DNA of 64,000 bases from Bdellovibrionota bacterium (GTDB taxonomy: Bacteria; Bdellovibrionota; UBA1018; UBA923): contig JBFMCE010000003.1 of assembly GCA_040754655.1 (NCBI GenBank), positions 1 through 64,000 on the forward strand, in the 5' to 3' direction. The stretch's first letter is position 1. Each line of letters starts with the position of its first letter. The translations under genes and the position numbers were made by a program. Shown here in pieces: positions 19,735 to 29,774 of the stretch. Under the pieces are notes generated by a model. It was not told the DNA's origin. It saw nothing but the letters and a program-made list of their open reading frames with translations, and did no database searches.

Positions 19735-21373
19735 AGTCGATCACCTTATCCGCGATTCCGACCAAAGGCTTGTAATGAGTGACGATCACAACCGAGATCT
19801 GACCTCGAAGCGCGCTCAATGCGCTAGTCACGACCGCGGCCGATTCGCTATCAAGATTGGCCGTAGGTTCATCGAGCAAGAGCGCCGTGGGGCGTCGCAA
19901 TAACGCGCGGGCCAACGAGAGCCGCTGTTTTTGCCCGGCAGACAAACCTTCGCCGCGGTCTGAAAGGCGGCGGTTGAGGTCTTCCGGAAAATTGGCCAGA
20001 AACTCAAGACAGTGGGCCTTTTCAAGAGCCGTTTTGAGTTCATCTTGGCTTGGGGCAAAGTCCAGGCCGTACACCAAGTTCTCAAGAATCGTTCCTCCGA
20101 TGACGTGTGGATCTGGCCCGACGTATCCAAAGCGGGAATGCGCCTCAACGGCTCCTCTCATGGATTTGTCGCCAGAGTTTGTGCCGATGGTGCCTGCCTT
20201 GGGTTCAAGAACGCCTGCCAACAGGTAAAGCAGCGTGGTTTTGCCAGAACCTGACGCCCCAGTGATGACAGTGATTTCGCCAGGATTCGTTGCTAAGTTG
20301 ATCCGGTTTAAGATGGGTTTGTTTTCATAAGAAAACCCGACGTTTTGCAAAGTCCACGAGGTAGGGCGTAGGTTTGACATTGCAGGACTGGTTGGTTGCT
20401 TGAGCCTGGGAGGCGCCTGAGTATATTGTCGTTTCCACCAGTGGATCAACTCGTTCATCTGAGGCGAATACATACGCCAGGATGCGATTGAACTTGAAAG
20501 TTCAGCGAGGATCTGCGAAGCGCGGATGAAAAGATAAATGAACGATACGAATAGACCACCGCCCAGCGCTTGTTGCTCGCGATTGAAATACGAGATGGCA
20601 ATGATCACGAGCACGCCGATAAATTGAGGCGCGGAATACTTGCAACTTTTGATGGCCGAGAACAGGCGCGTGTTGAGAAAGAGGCTCTTGAGATCAGCAT
20701 GGATCTTGGAAAGTTCCCTTTCTTGGGCTCTGCACACCCTCAGAAACTGCAGGTTCTTCATCGAATCGAGCAACCGCTGGTTGACGGCTGCCGACCTTTC
20801 GGTCAGCTCGTTCCCTGAGTTTTTGACGTGACGGTCAAGCAGTCTGAGAGCGGCGCCAAAAGCAACCAAAACGCCGATACCCGAGATTGCGAGCACCGGA
20901 GCAATCTTCAATAAGTAGATCAGGATCAAGGTCAATGAGAGCGCATGGATGCTGGTGTTTTGTACGGCGGTGATGCAGTTGGCAGCGCCTGTTACCCGGT
21001 CATTGACGTAAGTCACGATCCTCGACGAATCGCTATTGCCTGAAAGCAGCGCCCATTCAATGATCCGCGATCGCATGTGATAAGCGAAAGATTCATTGAC
21101 CATGGCGTGACTGTAGACTTTGAACCACTGAATCGCGCCCCGGACAAAAGCAAATGCCGCTAAAAACGCGAGGTTGGCGAAAAAAGCCTTGGGCACCCAA
21201 TCCGGCACATTCGCGACGTTGGGGTCGATCGTTCCCATTGAAACCAGGAAAGATTGGATGAGCATCGCGAAGCTCACCTCTACCGCGCTCAGCAAGATTC
21301 CGGCTATAATGCTGAGTACGAGGATGCGAGCCACCTTCGGACCAAAAAAATCAAAGAGTCTTGCAGACCGCAA
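19712..21373 (-). CDS. ABC transporter permease/ATPase fusion (MsbA/PglK-like glycolipid flippase)
   Basis: N-terminal TM domain; Walker A GASGSGKT, signature LSAGQKQR, Walker B LLLDEPT. Confidence 0.9.
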   Translation of the reverse strand: MRSARLFDFFGPKVARILVLSIIAGILLSAVEVSFAMLIQSFLVSMGTIDPNVANVPDWVPKAFFANLAFLAAFAFVRGAIQWFKVYSHAMVNESFAYHMRSRIIEWALLSGNSDSSRIVTYVNDRVTGAANCITAVQNTSIHALSLTLILIYLLKIAPVLAISGIGVLVAFGAALRLLDRHVKNSGNELTERSAAVNQRLLDSMKNLQFLRVCRAQERELSKIHADLKSLFLNTRLFSAIKSCKYSAPQFIGVLVIIAISYFNREQQALGGGLFVSFIYLFIRASQILAELSSSIASWRMYSPQMNELIHWWKRQYTQAPPRLKQPTSPAMSNLRPTSWTLQNVGFSYENKPILNRINLATNPGEITVITGASGSGKTTLLYLLAGVLEPKAGTIGTNSGDKSMRGAVEAHSRFGYVGPDPHVIGGTILENLVYGLDFAPSQDELKTALEKAHCLEFLANFPEDLNRRLSDRGEGLSAGQKQRLSLARALLRRPTALLLDEPTANLDSESAAVVTSALSALRGQISVVIVTHYKPLVGIADKVIDFEKTTSH

Positions 21374-21989
21374 AGATCTCTCCTTCGCTATTGTAAAAAG
21401 AGGTTTGCACGACGAAGCCCGCTTTTTCGACCTCGCTGTGAAGCATGCTCAAAGTGTATTCGCGACAGTGCGTCGGATCCGTCCTCGCATCAAGACCAAG
21501 GCTTTGTTTGAACTGAAACCGCCAGTTCTCTTGAGAAGGTACGCAAATGAGCAATTTCCTGAATGTGGTGAGCCTTTTTAAAAAAGCGATCGGGTCCGGC
21601 AAATGCTCAAGCACGTGGCTCAAGAGAATCGTGTTCACGCCCTGCTGGGTAAGCAAAGGGATGAGATTTTGGTCAAGGATATCCATCCTGATGAAATTCG
21701 TTTGATCCTTGAGCAAAAGCGCTGGACTCAGATCCACGCCGACGGCGGACGCTACTTTTGGGCTGACCGCAAGGACGAGTTTTCCGGTGCCGCACCCGAG
21801 GTCGGCCACCCGATCGGTCTTATCGACCCAATTTACGAAATCCCTCGAGCGAAAGTCATGCAAGTTCTTGGGATGAGGCATGCGCAAGAGCTTGCAGAGA
21901 TGATAGAAAAAACGCGATTCAATGAAATCGTGCACGAAGAAGTAAAACCGGAACAGAATTTTATAAAGGCGCTCGCGATCTTCGGTCAT
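21351..21989 (-). CDS. Class I SAM-dependent methyltransferase
   Basis: VADLGCGTG, GVDLS, SHVLEHL. Confidence 0.85.
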   Translation of the reverse strand: MTEDRERLYKILFRFYFFVHDFIESRFFYHLCKLLRMPHPKNLHDFRSRDFVNWVDKTDRVADLGCGTGKLVLAVSPKVASAVGVDLSPALLLKDQTNFIRMDILDQNLIPLLTQQGVNTILLSHVLEHLPDPIAFLKRLTTFRKLLICVPSQENWRFQFKQSLGLDARTDPTHCREYTLSMLHSEVEKAGFVVQTSFYNSEGEIFAVCKTL

Positions 21990-21991
21990 GT

Positions 21992-23266
21992 CTAGTGCAC
22001 CACATTGGGGCTCGAGGGAAAAATCCCTTTGATGTCGAGCAAGAAACCCTTGGGATCGATGATCTGATCCAAGCCTTCATCCAGCTGTTTTAAGATCGGC
22101 GCATGGGGAACCGCAAGGACTGCCGCCGTATACTTCTTCTGGGGGATCCCATCGAGAAGTTCCAAGCCGTATTCCTTTCGGGCAAGTTCGCGGTCTGCTA
22201 TCGGATCCGCCACATCCACTTTGATGCCATACTTCTGAAGCGCTCGTACAAGATCAACGACCTTTGTGTTCCTGACATCAGGGCAATTTTCCTTGAAAGT
22301 GAAGCCCAAGACTAAAACTTCTGATCCAATCGGCGAAACCTTGCGTTCGAGCAATTTGCGCAAAAGTTTTTCCGCGAAAAACTCCGGCATCGAATCATTG
22401 GTACGGCGGCCTGCGAGGATCATCTCCGGGTGATAACCCACTTCAAGCGATTTGTGAGTGAGGTAATAAGGATCCACCCCGATGCAATGGCCGCCGACAA
22501 GCCCGGGTTTGAATTTCAAGAAATTCCACTTGGTGCCGGAAGCTTCGAGCACCTCATGCACGTCAAGACCCAAGCGGTCAAACAGAACCGTGAGTTCATT
22601 GATCAAGCCGATGTTCACATCACGTTGAATGTTTTCAATGACCTTCGCCGCTTCAGCGGTGCGGATGTCTTTTGCGCAGTGAATTCCAGCAGCGACGATC
22701 TTTGAATACATCCCAGCAACGAGTTCGAGCGTCTTTTGATTCGAGCCCGATACGATCTTCTTGATCTTGGGTATCGTGTGTTCTTTGTCACCGGGATTGA
22801 CGCGCTCTGGACTGTATCCCAAGAAAAAGTCCACATTGAGTTTTAGCCCCGTCAGTTCTTCTAGTTTTGGGGCCAAGACCTCTTCAGTCAAGCCCGGGTA
22901 AACCGTCGATTCAAATACGACCGTCGCTCCTTTTTGAAGCACTTCGCTTAAGATTTCACATGCGGAAAAAAGAGGGGTCAAGTCCGGTGCATTGTACTTG
23001 TCGACCGGCGTTGGAACCGTGACGATGAAAAAGTTCAAGCCCTTGAGATCGTTCTTCTTGCTTGTGAACAGAAGATTTGGCGAGCCAAGCTCCGTCGCGG
23101 GTACTTCGTTTGTTCGGTCAATTCCGGCGCTGAGTTCTTGAATACGCGTTGGGTTGCGATCATAGGCTCTCACTTTCATGACTTTGCTAAAGCAGACCGC
23201 TAAGGGCAGACCTACGTATCCAACTCCAACAATTCCGATTTCTCGAGGAAGGTCGATGACCGCCAT
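21992..23266 (-). CDS. UDP-N-acetylhexosamine 6-dehydrogenase (WbpO/TviB family)
   Basis: GVGYVGLPLA, ESTVYPG, SPER, GGHCIGVDP, FKENCPDVRN. Confidence 0.92.
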   Translation of the reverse strand: MAVIDLPREIGIVGVGYVGLPLAVCFSKVMKVRAYDRNPTRIQELSAGIDRTNEVPATELGSPNLLFTSKKNDLKGLNFFIVTVPTPVDKYNAPDLTPLFSACEILSEVLQKGATVVFESTVYPGLTEEVLAPKLEELTGLKLNVDFFLGYSPERVNPGDKEHTIPKIKKIVSGSNQKTLELVAGMYSKIVAAGIHCAKDIRTAEAAKVIENIQRDVNIGLINELTVLFDRLGLDVHEVLEASGTKWNFLKFKPGLVGGHCIGVDPYYLTHKSLEVGYHPEMILAGRRTNDSMPEFFAEKLLRKLLERKVSPIGSEVLVLGFTFKENCPDVRNTKVVDLVRALQKYGIKVDVADPIADRELARKEYGLELLDGIPQKKYTAAVLAVPHAPILKQLDEGLDQIIDPKGFLLDIKGIFPSSPNVVH

Positions 23267-23448
23267 TCGTATTATTTCCTTTGTTGCTTGAAATGGGCTC
23301 GTATCGCTTTAGAGTACATATCACGGAAAACTGACATGCAAGTTGCGTTTTTAGCAGTAGTTGAGTTAATTGTTTTAAGTAATGCGAACCTATGAGATCC
23401 TGCCGGTGCCGCAAGTTTTGGATCGCTCACTTTTAGAGAAGGGACCAA

Positions 23449-24933
23449 ATGTCGGAGACTCCTGTAACGACGACGATTACGACAAAGCCGATGGAGAGTT
23501 TAAAGACCACTTCCGTGACCAGCTCTTGGAAGTGGAGAGGATACTTAGGGCGCGTTTTGACGGTCTCTCAGCTCATCACGGATTTCACCACGGTAGTTGC
23601 TTGTTATATGGCGAGCTATTGGATTTACGTGGGGCCCCTGCGCGGCTGGTCACCACAGACGATGCCCGAGTTTCTGGCGCTTTCGTTTTCGGCGGCTTTG
23701 CTTTACGCGGTTTTGCTTGAACGTGAAGGTCTTTATCGTCGTGAAATGAGCCTTTTGAACGTGAAAGAATTGAGGGGCCTTTTTCACGTGGGGATTTATG
23801 CGGCCGCCCTGATTTTGAGCGTCTCTTTCTACATTCGATCGATCAGCTTGTCGCGCGTGACTCTTACGATAGCGCTTATCCTTACGCCGGTGATTTTGTA
23901 CCTGCAGCGCCAGTTTTTTTATTGGCTCCATGTGAGGTTGCACAGCCAGGGGCTCGCTCAGCGCCGAGTGCTGATTTACGGCGCCGGCAATATCGGAACA
24001 CATCTTGCGAAGAGGCTCTTTCAGAGCCCGTCACTAGGATTGTTTCCCGTGGGGTTTCTTGACGATGATGCCTCAAGGCATGGGAGCATTTTAAAGTGGA
24101 AAGGTTCTTGCCCACGCGCTGGAGTGAAGGTTTTAGGAGGTGAAGAGACACTCAAGTCCTGGAAGAACCTGGGCGTTGAGTTGGTCTTGATCGCCATTCC
24201 TTCAGCTAGCTTTGAACGGAACAGGAAACTTGTTGAGCTCTGCGTGGAAGAAGGCCTTGAATACGCCATCGTTCCGAACGCCTATGAGAAGTTCATCCAA
24301 AGGGTTGAGGGAGTCGAGATCGGGGGCATTCCTCTGATTCGCCGTAGGTCGCGCAAAACGAGCTTGATTTATTTGGCGATGAAGCGGCTCCTCGATTTTA
24401 CCTTGAGCGTCGTTTTTTTGGCTTTGCTCTCGCCACTGGTATTCTTCATTGGGCTCGCCATAAAACTTGATTCAAAGGGACCCATCGTTTTCAAGCAGAA
24501 GCGTGTCGGACAAAACGGAAAAGAATTCACCGTCTATAAGTTTCGCAGCATGTACACCGAAGCTCCGAAGTACGCGCACACCCCGGCTGATCCCTCTGAC
24601 CCGCGCATCACTAAGGTGGGTCGTTGGCTACGACGCACAAGCCTTGACGAGCTTCCTCAATTGTTCAATGTCTTCCGTGGCGATATGAGCATCGTAGGCC
24701 CGCGTCCTGAGATGCCGTTCATTGTAGAGAACTATGGGCCCTTAGAGCGCCTTCGGCTTGAGTGCAAACCTGGCATTACGGGTGTCTGGCAAATCAGTGC
24801 GGTGCGCGGTGAACCCATTCACGCGAATATCGAATACGACTTGTTCTACCTCGAGAACCGATCAGTGCTTTTGGACGTCGCGATTATTATCAAAACAATC
24901 CTCTCTGTGATACGAGGAGTAGGAGCCGTTTAA
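23449..24933 (+). CDS. Undecaprenyl-phosphate initiating sugar phosphotransferase (WcaJ/WbaP family)
   Basis: 4 N-terminal TMs, Rossmann-like IYGAG, then KFRSM, RRTSLDELPQL, VGPRPE, KPGITG. Confidence 0.92.
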   Translation: MSETPVTTTITTKPMESLKTTSVTSSWKWRGYLGRVLTVSQLITDFTTVVACYMASYWIYVGPLRGWSPQTMPEFLALSFSAALLYAVLLEREGLYRREMSLLNVKELRGLFHVGIYAAALILSVSFYIRSISLSRVTLTIALILTPVILYLQRQFFYWLHVRLHSQGLAQRRVLIYGAGNIGTHLAKRLFQSPSLGLFPVGFLDDDASRHGSILKWKGSCPRAGVKVLGGEETLKSWKNLGVELVLIAIPSASFERNRKLVELCVEEGLEYAIVPNAYEKFIQRVEGVEIGGIPLIRRRSRKTSLIYLAMKRLLDFTLSVVFLALLSPLVFFIGLAIKLDSKGPIVFKQKRVGQNGKEFTVYKFRSMYTEAPKYAHTPADPSDPRITKVGRWLRRTSLDELPQLFNVFRGDMSIVGPRPEMPFIVENYGPLERLRLECKPGITGVWQISAVRGEPIHANIEYDLFYLENRSVLLDVAIIIKTILSVIRGVGAV

Positions 24934-24949
24934 AAAGGACGAGAATCTA

Positions 24950-25891
24950 TTGAGAACGCTAATTACAGGCATCACGGGAATGATTGGTTCGCACTTCGCG
25001 AATGCGACTCGCAGCAAAGGTTGGTCGACATTTGGCCTAGCGAGGAATAGTGCTTCAAGCAGGTTGGCTGCGGTGCCCGAAGAAAACGTCTTTCGTTGCG
25101 ATATCCTGGACCGCGATGCTTTGGATGAAGTCGTGGCCAAGGTGAAGCCTGATCTTGTGATCCACATGGCGGCTCAAGCCTTCAACGGGATTTCTTGGCA
25201 GGCGGAAGAAACCACCCATCATGCGAATTACCTGGGGACGATGGCGGTTTTGAGAAGTTGCCGAAAGACGGTTCCAAAAGCAAAAATCATTCTTGCATGC
25301 AGTAGCGCAGCCTATGGCGACGTGAAACCCGAAGATTGTCCTCTTGTGGAAGACCGTTTGCTCAAGCCGATCACGCCTTACGGCGTGAGCAAAGCAGCGA
25401 CAGAGTGCCTTGGTTATCAATATTTCGCGAACTACAAGATGGATGTTTATCTTCCAAGGCTCTTCATCCACGTCGGAACCGGCCATCCTCCGGCCACGGC
25501 CATTCAGAATTTCGCGCGCCAGCTCGCGCTGATTGCAAAGGGCGTCTTGCCCCCGGTCATGAAAGTAGGCGCGCTCACGACGGCCCGTGACTTCATCGAC
25601 GTGCGTGATGGAGTAGAAGGCATGATGCTGATGTTAGAGCGCGGTGCGCCGGGCCAGCCGATGAATATTTGCACGGGCACGGCTTTTAAAATCTCAGATA
25701 TCCTTCGAATGCTCGTAGAGATTTCAGGGTTGAAGGTTGAGGTGACCTCAGACCCAAGTTTGCTTCGGCCCTCAGATGAACCACTGCTTTTGGGTGACAA
25801 TACGAAGCTAAAGGCGTTAGGGTGGCGGCAACGCTATTCGATGAAACAAACCTTAGAAGCAGTCTATGCCGATTGGCTTGGTCGCGTATAA
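24950..25891 (+). CDS. NDP-sugar reductase/epimerase (GDP-4-keto-6-deoxy-mannose reductase-like extended SDR)
   Basis: TGITGMIG, HMAAQ, YGVSK, RDFIDVRD. SSAAYG lacks the catalytic Glu of GMD-type dehydratases. Confidence 0.75.
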   Translation: MRTLITGITGMIGSHFANATRSKGWSTFGLARNSASSRLAAVPEENVFRCDILDRDALDEVVAKVKPDLVIHMAAQAFNGISWQAEETTHHANYLGTMAVLRSCRKTVPKAKIILACSSAAYGDVKPEDCPLVEDRLLKPITPYGVSKAATECLGYQYFANYKMDVYLPRLFIHVGTGHPPATAIQNFARQLALIAKGVLPPVMKVGALTTARDFIDVRDGVEGMMLMLERGAPGQPMNICTGTAFKISDILRMLVEISGLKVEVTSDPSLLRPSDEPLLLGDNTKLKALGWRQRYSMKQTLEAVYADWLGRV

Positions 25892-25906
25892 CGAGGAGGG
25901 TCTAAA

Positions 25907-26656
25907 ATGGCGGCGAGAGTCGAACCGTTCGAATCCGTTTCTATCATTTTGCCCATCATCAACGAAACGCACTCTTTGGTGACCACGGTTGATGTGATCG
26001 AACAGATGTGCGATTCAAAAGACATCAAAGAATACATCGCTGTCGTGTGCGGTCGAACCACCAAAGACAGCCTTGAAACCTGCAAGGTTCTTCAAGAAAG
26101 GTTTGGCGCGAAATTTCGTCTGCACCATCAGAAGCTGCCCTTCATCGGTGGGGCGATGAGGGAAGCCTTTGATTTGGCCGAGGGGTCACATACGATCATG
26201 ATGTCGACCGATCTTGAGACGGATCCACATGTCGTGCGGAATTTCATTGTAGAGGCTAAGCGCCACCCTTCTTCGATTATTACGGCGTCGCGCTGGATCA
26301 AGGGCGGAGAGTTTCATGGGTACAATCCCGTGAAACTCGCGGCGAACTATGCGTTTCAAAAAATCTTCGCGTTGCTTTACAGCAGCAAACTCACGGACTT
26401 GACTTACGCCTACCGGATATTCCCGACCTCACTCTTGCAATCGATCGCTTGGGAAGAACTCAAGCATCCGTTTTTCCTTGAGACGGTGATCAAACCCCTG
26501 CGCTTAGGCGTGAATGTGATTGAAATCCCTGCGGTTTGGAAAGCGCGCACCGAGGGAGAATCTCAAAATCCGTTTTTGAATAATTTTGTGTATTTTCGCA
26601 TTGCGCTCAAAGTGAAGTTTTATCCTCGCGAAAGGATTTTGCAGAAGCACGCTTAA
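25907..26656 (+). CDS. GT2 glycosyltransferase, polyprenol-phosphate glycosyltransferase (DPM1-like)
   Basis: IILPIINE, STDLETDP, ASRW..GG, TDLT..YR, R.EGES. Confidence 0.75.
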   Translation: MAARVEPFESVSIILPIINETHSLVTTVDVIEQMCDSKDIKEYIAVVCGRTTKDSLETCKVLQERFGAKFRLHHQKLPFIGGAMREAFDLAEGSHTIMMSTDLETDPHVVRNFIVEAKRHPSSIITASRWIKGGEFHGYNPVKLAANYAFQKIFALLYSSKLTDLTYAYRIFPTSLLQSIAWEELKHPFFLETVIKPLRLGVNVIEIPAVWKARTEGESQNPFLNNFVYFRIALKVKFYPRERILQKHA

Positions 26657-26660
26657 GGTT

Positions 26661-27671
26661 ATGAAAGAAAAACTCGCTGTTGTCGTCACTTCGATTTCGA
26701 AACCCAATGATGTGCTTGAGGCGCTGGCTGACGGCTGCAGGAAAAGGGGCCATCAATTCATCGTAGTTGGTGACCGCGCAAGCCCTCCTGATTTTCAGCT
26801 CGCGGGCTGTGAGTTCTACGGCTTGGATGAGCAGCGCGAGACCGGATTCAAGTTCGCTCAATTATGCCCCGAAAAACATTATGCCAGAAAGAACATTGGT
26901 TATCTTTTGGCGATACGTGATGGAGCCACCATCTTGGCCGAAACCGATGATGACAACATCCCGTATGAAGAGTTTTGGGCGGAACGCAAGCGGGCCCAAC
27001 GGGCCCAGGTGATTCAAAAAAGTGGCTGGGTCAACGTTTATAGGTATTTTAGCGACAAAAACATATGGCCTCGAGGGCTGCCTCTAGATCAGGTGCTAGC
27101 GGATCTTCCGGCCTTTGAAGCTTTGAAGCCTGAAGAAAAGACATGTCCCATTCAACAAGGGCTTGCCGATGACAATCCTGATGTTGATGCGATTTACCGT
27201 TTGGTGATGCCGCTTCCTCAGTTTTTCCGGAAAGATCGAAGCGTGATCCTAGCTGAAGGGGCGTGGTGTCCATTTAACAGTCAAAATACGACTTGGTGGC
27301 CCGAGGCGTTTGCCCTGTTGTACTTGCCTGCCTATTGTTCGTTTCGCATGACTGACATTTGGAGAAGCTTTGTTGCTCAACGAGTCGCGTGGGAATACAA
27401 ATGGCCCATCCTTTTTCATGCTCCGACGGTGTGGCAGAAGAGGAATGACCACAACCTCATGCGCGATTTCAAAGATGAAGTGCCGGGTTATTTGAACAAT
27501 AGCGCCTTGTGTGAAGCGCTCATGGGCTTAAAACTTTCCAACGAACAATCGCGTATCGGAGAAAATTTAAGGCTTTGCTACGAAAAGCTGGTGTCGCTTG
27601 GCTTGGTTGATGGCAAAGAGCTGGAGTTGGTGGATGCATGGCTCTCGGATCTTCGGCTTGCGTCGAGATGA
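26661..27671 (+). CDS. STELLO/DUF288-family (GT75/RGP-like) protein
   Basis: VVTSI, VVGD...P, YARKNIGYLLAI, TDDDN, WPRGLPL, QQGLADDNPDVDAIYRL, PFNSQNT, FRMTDIWRS. Confidence 0.85.
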   Translation: MKEKLAVVVTSISKPNDVLEALADGCRKRGHQFIVVGDRASPPDFQLAGCEFYGLDEQRETGFKFAQLCPEKHYARKNIGYLLAIRDGATILAETDDDNIPYEEFWAERKRAQRAQVIQKSGWVNVYRYFSDKNIWPRGLPLDQVLADLPAFEALKPEEKTCPIQQGLADDNPDVDAIYRLVMPLPQFFRKDRSVILAEGAWCPFNSQNTTWWPEAFALLYLPAYCSFRMTDIWRSFVAQRVAWEYKWPILFHAPTVWQKRNDHNLMRDFKDEVPGYLNNSALCEALMGLKLSNEQSRIGENLRLCYEKLVSLGLVDGKELELVDAWLSDLRLASR

Positions 27672-27728
27672 TGGCGGGCGAACCTGGGATCTTGGCTTCA
27701 AGATGCCCTCTACCATAGGTGGGCGAGC

Positions 27729-28922
27729 ATGCGTTTGATTTTCAAACAGCCTGATGTGCTGTTTTTTCTGGCGATTTTTTCGTTATCTGCGGCAATCATA
27801 CTCGGTTTTCCCCAAGACATCCGATTTGACCAGCAGCTCATCCGTTACGTCTTTTCATTCAAAGACTTTCCCTCGTTCGATGATGGCGTCATCTCTCATT
27901 TGATTGCGGGTTTTTACAATCGATTCGTTGCTCCCAGTGCCGAGAGTTTGAACCAACATTTCCGCTTTTTAGCAATGACCGGTTTTTTGACCTCTGCGTT
28001 TTTGCTCTGCAGGTTGGTCGTTCGTGATTGGCGCTTGCGCTGCATCTTCTTGGCGTTTTTAATGCTGTCACGTTTGCCGTTTTTATGGCTCAGTACCGAG
28101 CTTTTCACCGCGACGGCGTTTTGTGTGGCTTTGATTGGAATGCTCGAAAACTGGAAACCTCATTGGCTTGCACTGGCGCTGGTTATGCTGGCCAACACGA
28201 AGCCCGATCTGATCTTGGTTGCCACGGCGCTTTTGGGATACGCGGTTTTCTTTGAACCTTCGCATAAGAGGCAGCGCTTGAGATTGGTCTCGTGTTTTAT
28301 AGGGTTTGAGGTCTTGCTTTGGATCCCTGGTTTTATCGCGAATGGGAATCAGTTTTTCGGAAACCGGGGCTTCATGGCTTTTGCCCAGCACTATTCTGAT
28401 TTGGTTTATCCCCATCAGGCCGCCGCTCAGGCGGCCGATCCGTGGTTGCAACCCGAAAAGTACATGGAGCGGATTTTTCCAAAAGCGCAATCGATACGGG
28501 ATCTGGTCTTGCATTACCCGGTGAAGTATTTTGATTTTCTGACCCTCTCCCTTGGAAAGGGTTTTAAGAACCTGATCCGGCTCTTTGGCTTCTTGGCTTT
28601 GCTCTTCCCGATGCGCATCGCCTTTTTGAATAGGATGCCATTGACCCGTTTCGAGAAAATCGTGGGGATTACGCTCGTGGGTTTTGTTCCGTTCTTTTTG
28701 CTCTCGTACCCTCACGTGAGGTATATGACGAGGTATTACCCGGCTTTTGTGATTCTTTTGGCGGCATGGACGGAGAGATTGCCCGATCCAAAGAAAGGCA
28801 AAACCCATATCAAGAGATATGCTTATGCTACGATGGCAATGGCGTTGGCCTTCCAAGCCTTTTTGTTCTTCCGCGACCTGCATGCCTTGAGCTTTGGCGG
28901 TTACTTTTGGTTTCCGGATTGA
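27729..28922 (+). CDS. Multi-TM membrane protein, candidate GT-C glycosyltransferase
   Basis: About 10 hydrophobic segments, early DDG acidic loop, KPD and RY motifs; follows the GT2/STELLO genes. Confidence 0.55.
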   Translation: MRLIFKQPDVLFFLAIFSLSAAIILGFPQDIRFDQQLIRYVFSFKDFPSFDDGVISHLIAGFYNRFVAPSAESLNQHFRFLAMTGFLTSAFLLCRLVVRDWRLRCIFLAFLMLSRLPFLWLSTELFTATAFCVALIGMLENWKPHWLALALVMLANTKPDLILVATALLGYAVFFEPSHKRQRLRLVSCFIGFEVLLWIPGFIANGNQFFGNRGFMAFAQHYSDLVYPHQAAAQAADPWLQPEKYMERIFPKAQSIRDLVLHYPVKYFDFLTLSLGKGFKNLIRLFGFLALLFPMRIAFLNRMPLTRFEKIVGITLVGFVPFFLLSYPHVRYMTRYYPAFVILLAAWTERLPDPKKGKTHIKRYAYATMAMALAFQAFLFFRDLHALSFGGYFWFPD

Positions 28923-28941
28923 TGAGAGGAGCAACCTATCA

Positions 28942-29763
28942 GTGAAGCGATTTGACGGAAAAGTCGTGGTGATCACCGGGGCTGCTTCAGGCATTGGAAG
29001 AGCGACGGCGCTGGCCTTTGCGCGGGAAGGCGCGAAACTTTACCTTACCGACATCAATCAACAGGCGCTCGAGGGATTCAAAGAGGAATTGCGGGCTAAG
29101 GGCGCTGCGGTTTCAGCGTGCGTCGTAGACTCTAGGGATCAGAGACAAATGCGACAATTTGCAGATGCTGTTTCGCAAGCCGAAGGGCGCGTAGACGTGC
29201 TCTGCAATAACGCCGGTATCGGTTACGGCGCGCCAGCAGGAGAGCAAACGCTCGAAGACTGGAAGAGAGTGATCGACATCAACCTTTGGGGGGTTATTCA
29301 TGGGATCCATGCTTTTCTGCCGGTGCTCGAGAGGCAAGGGGGCGATGCGCATATCGTGAACGTGGCGTCGATGGCGGGCCTCATCGGGTTTCCGGGCCTA
29401 AGCGCCTATTGCACAACCAAGTTTGCGGTCGTGGGCTTGAGCGAGAGCCTGGCCGCGGAACTTGCGGTAAAACACATTCGAGTGACGGCGATTTGCCCGG
29501 GCGTCGTCAATACCGCTATTGTCGAGAGCGCTTCAATCGCGCATCAGGGACGTTTTGCGAAAGATTCTGTTGCGCGATTTTATCAGCGCTTCGGGGCAAA
29601 CCCAGAAAAAGTCGCTCGCGATATTCTGAAAGTTGTCGGAACCGCTGTGGTGATCAAGCCTTCGGTTGCAGGGCCGGCTTGGCTACTCTGGTGGCTTAAG
29701 CGCCTCTCAACGCGCATTTATGGGACCGTAGCGAGGCATTTAGCGCGAAACTTTTTAGAATAA
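28942..29763 (+). CDS. SDR oxidoreductase
   Basis: TGAASGIG, NNAG, YCTTK; GTG start after a GAGAGGA RBS. Confidence 0.88.
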   Translation: MKRFDGKVVVITGAASGIGRATALAFAREGAKLYLTDINQQALEGFKEELRAKGAAVSACVVDSRDQRQMRQFADAVSQAEGRVDVLCNNAGIGYGAPAGEQTLEDWKRVIDINLWGVIHGIHAFLPVLERQGGDAHIVNVASMAGLIGFPGLSAYCTTKFAVVGLSESLAAELAVKHIRVTAICPGVVNTAIVESASIAHQGRFAKDSVARFYQRFGANPEKVARDILKVVGTAVVIKPSVAGPAWLLWWLKRLSTRIYGTVARHLARNFLE

Positions 29764-29774
29764 AGCCTATTAGT

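Noticed and set aside
23332..23346. Sigma54-like TGACATGCAAGTTGC upstream of the initiating transferase
   Set aside because: It lacks the invariant GG at -24.
27686..27708. Hairpin GGGATCTTG-GCTT-CAAGATGCCC after the STELLO gene
   Set aside because: No U-tract follows; it could be a stability element, but the evidence is too weak to call.
28083..28994. 303-aa minus-strand ORF
   Set aside because: Antisense shadow of a hydrophobic membrane-protein gene; K/Q/E/R-rich with no motifs.
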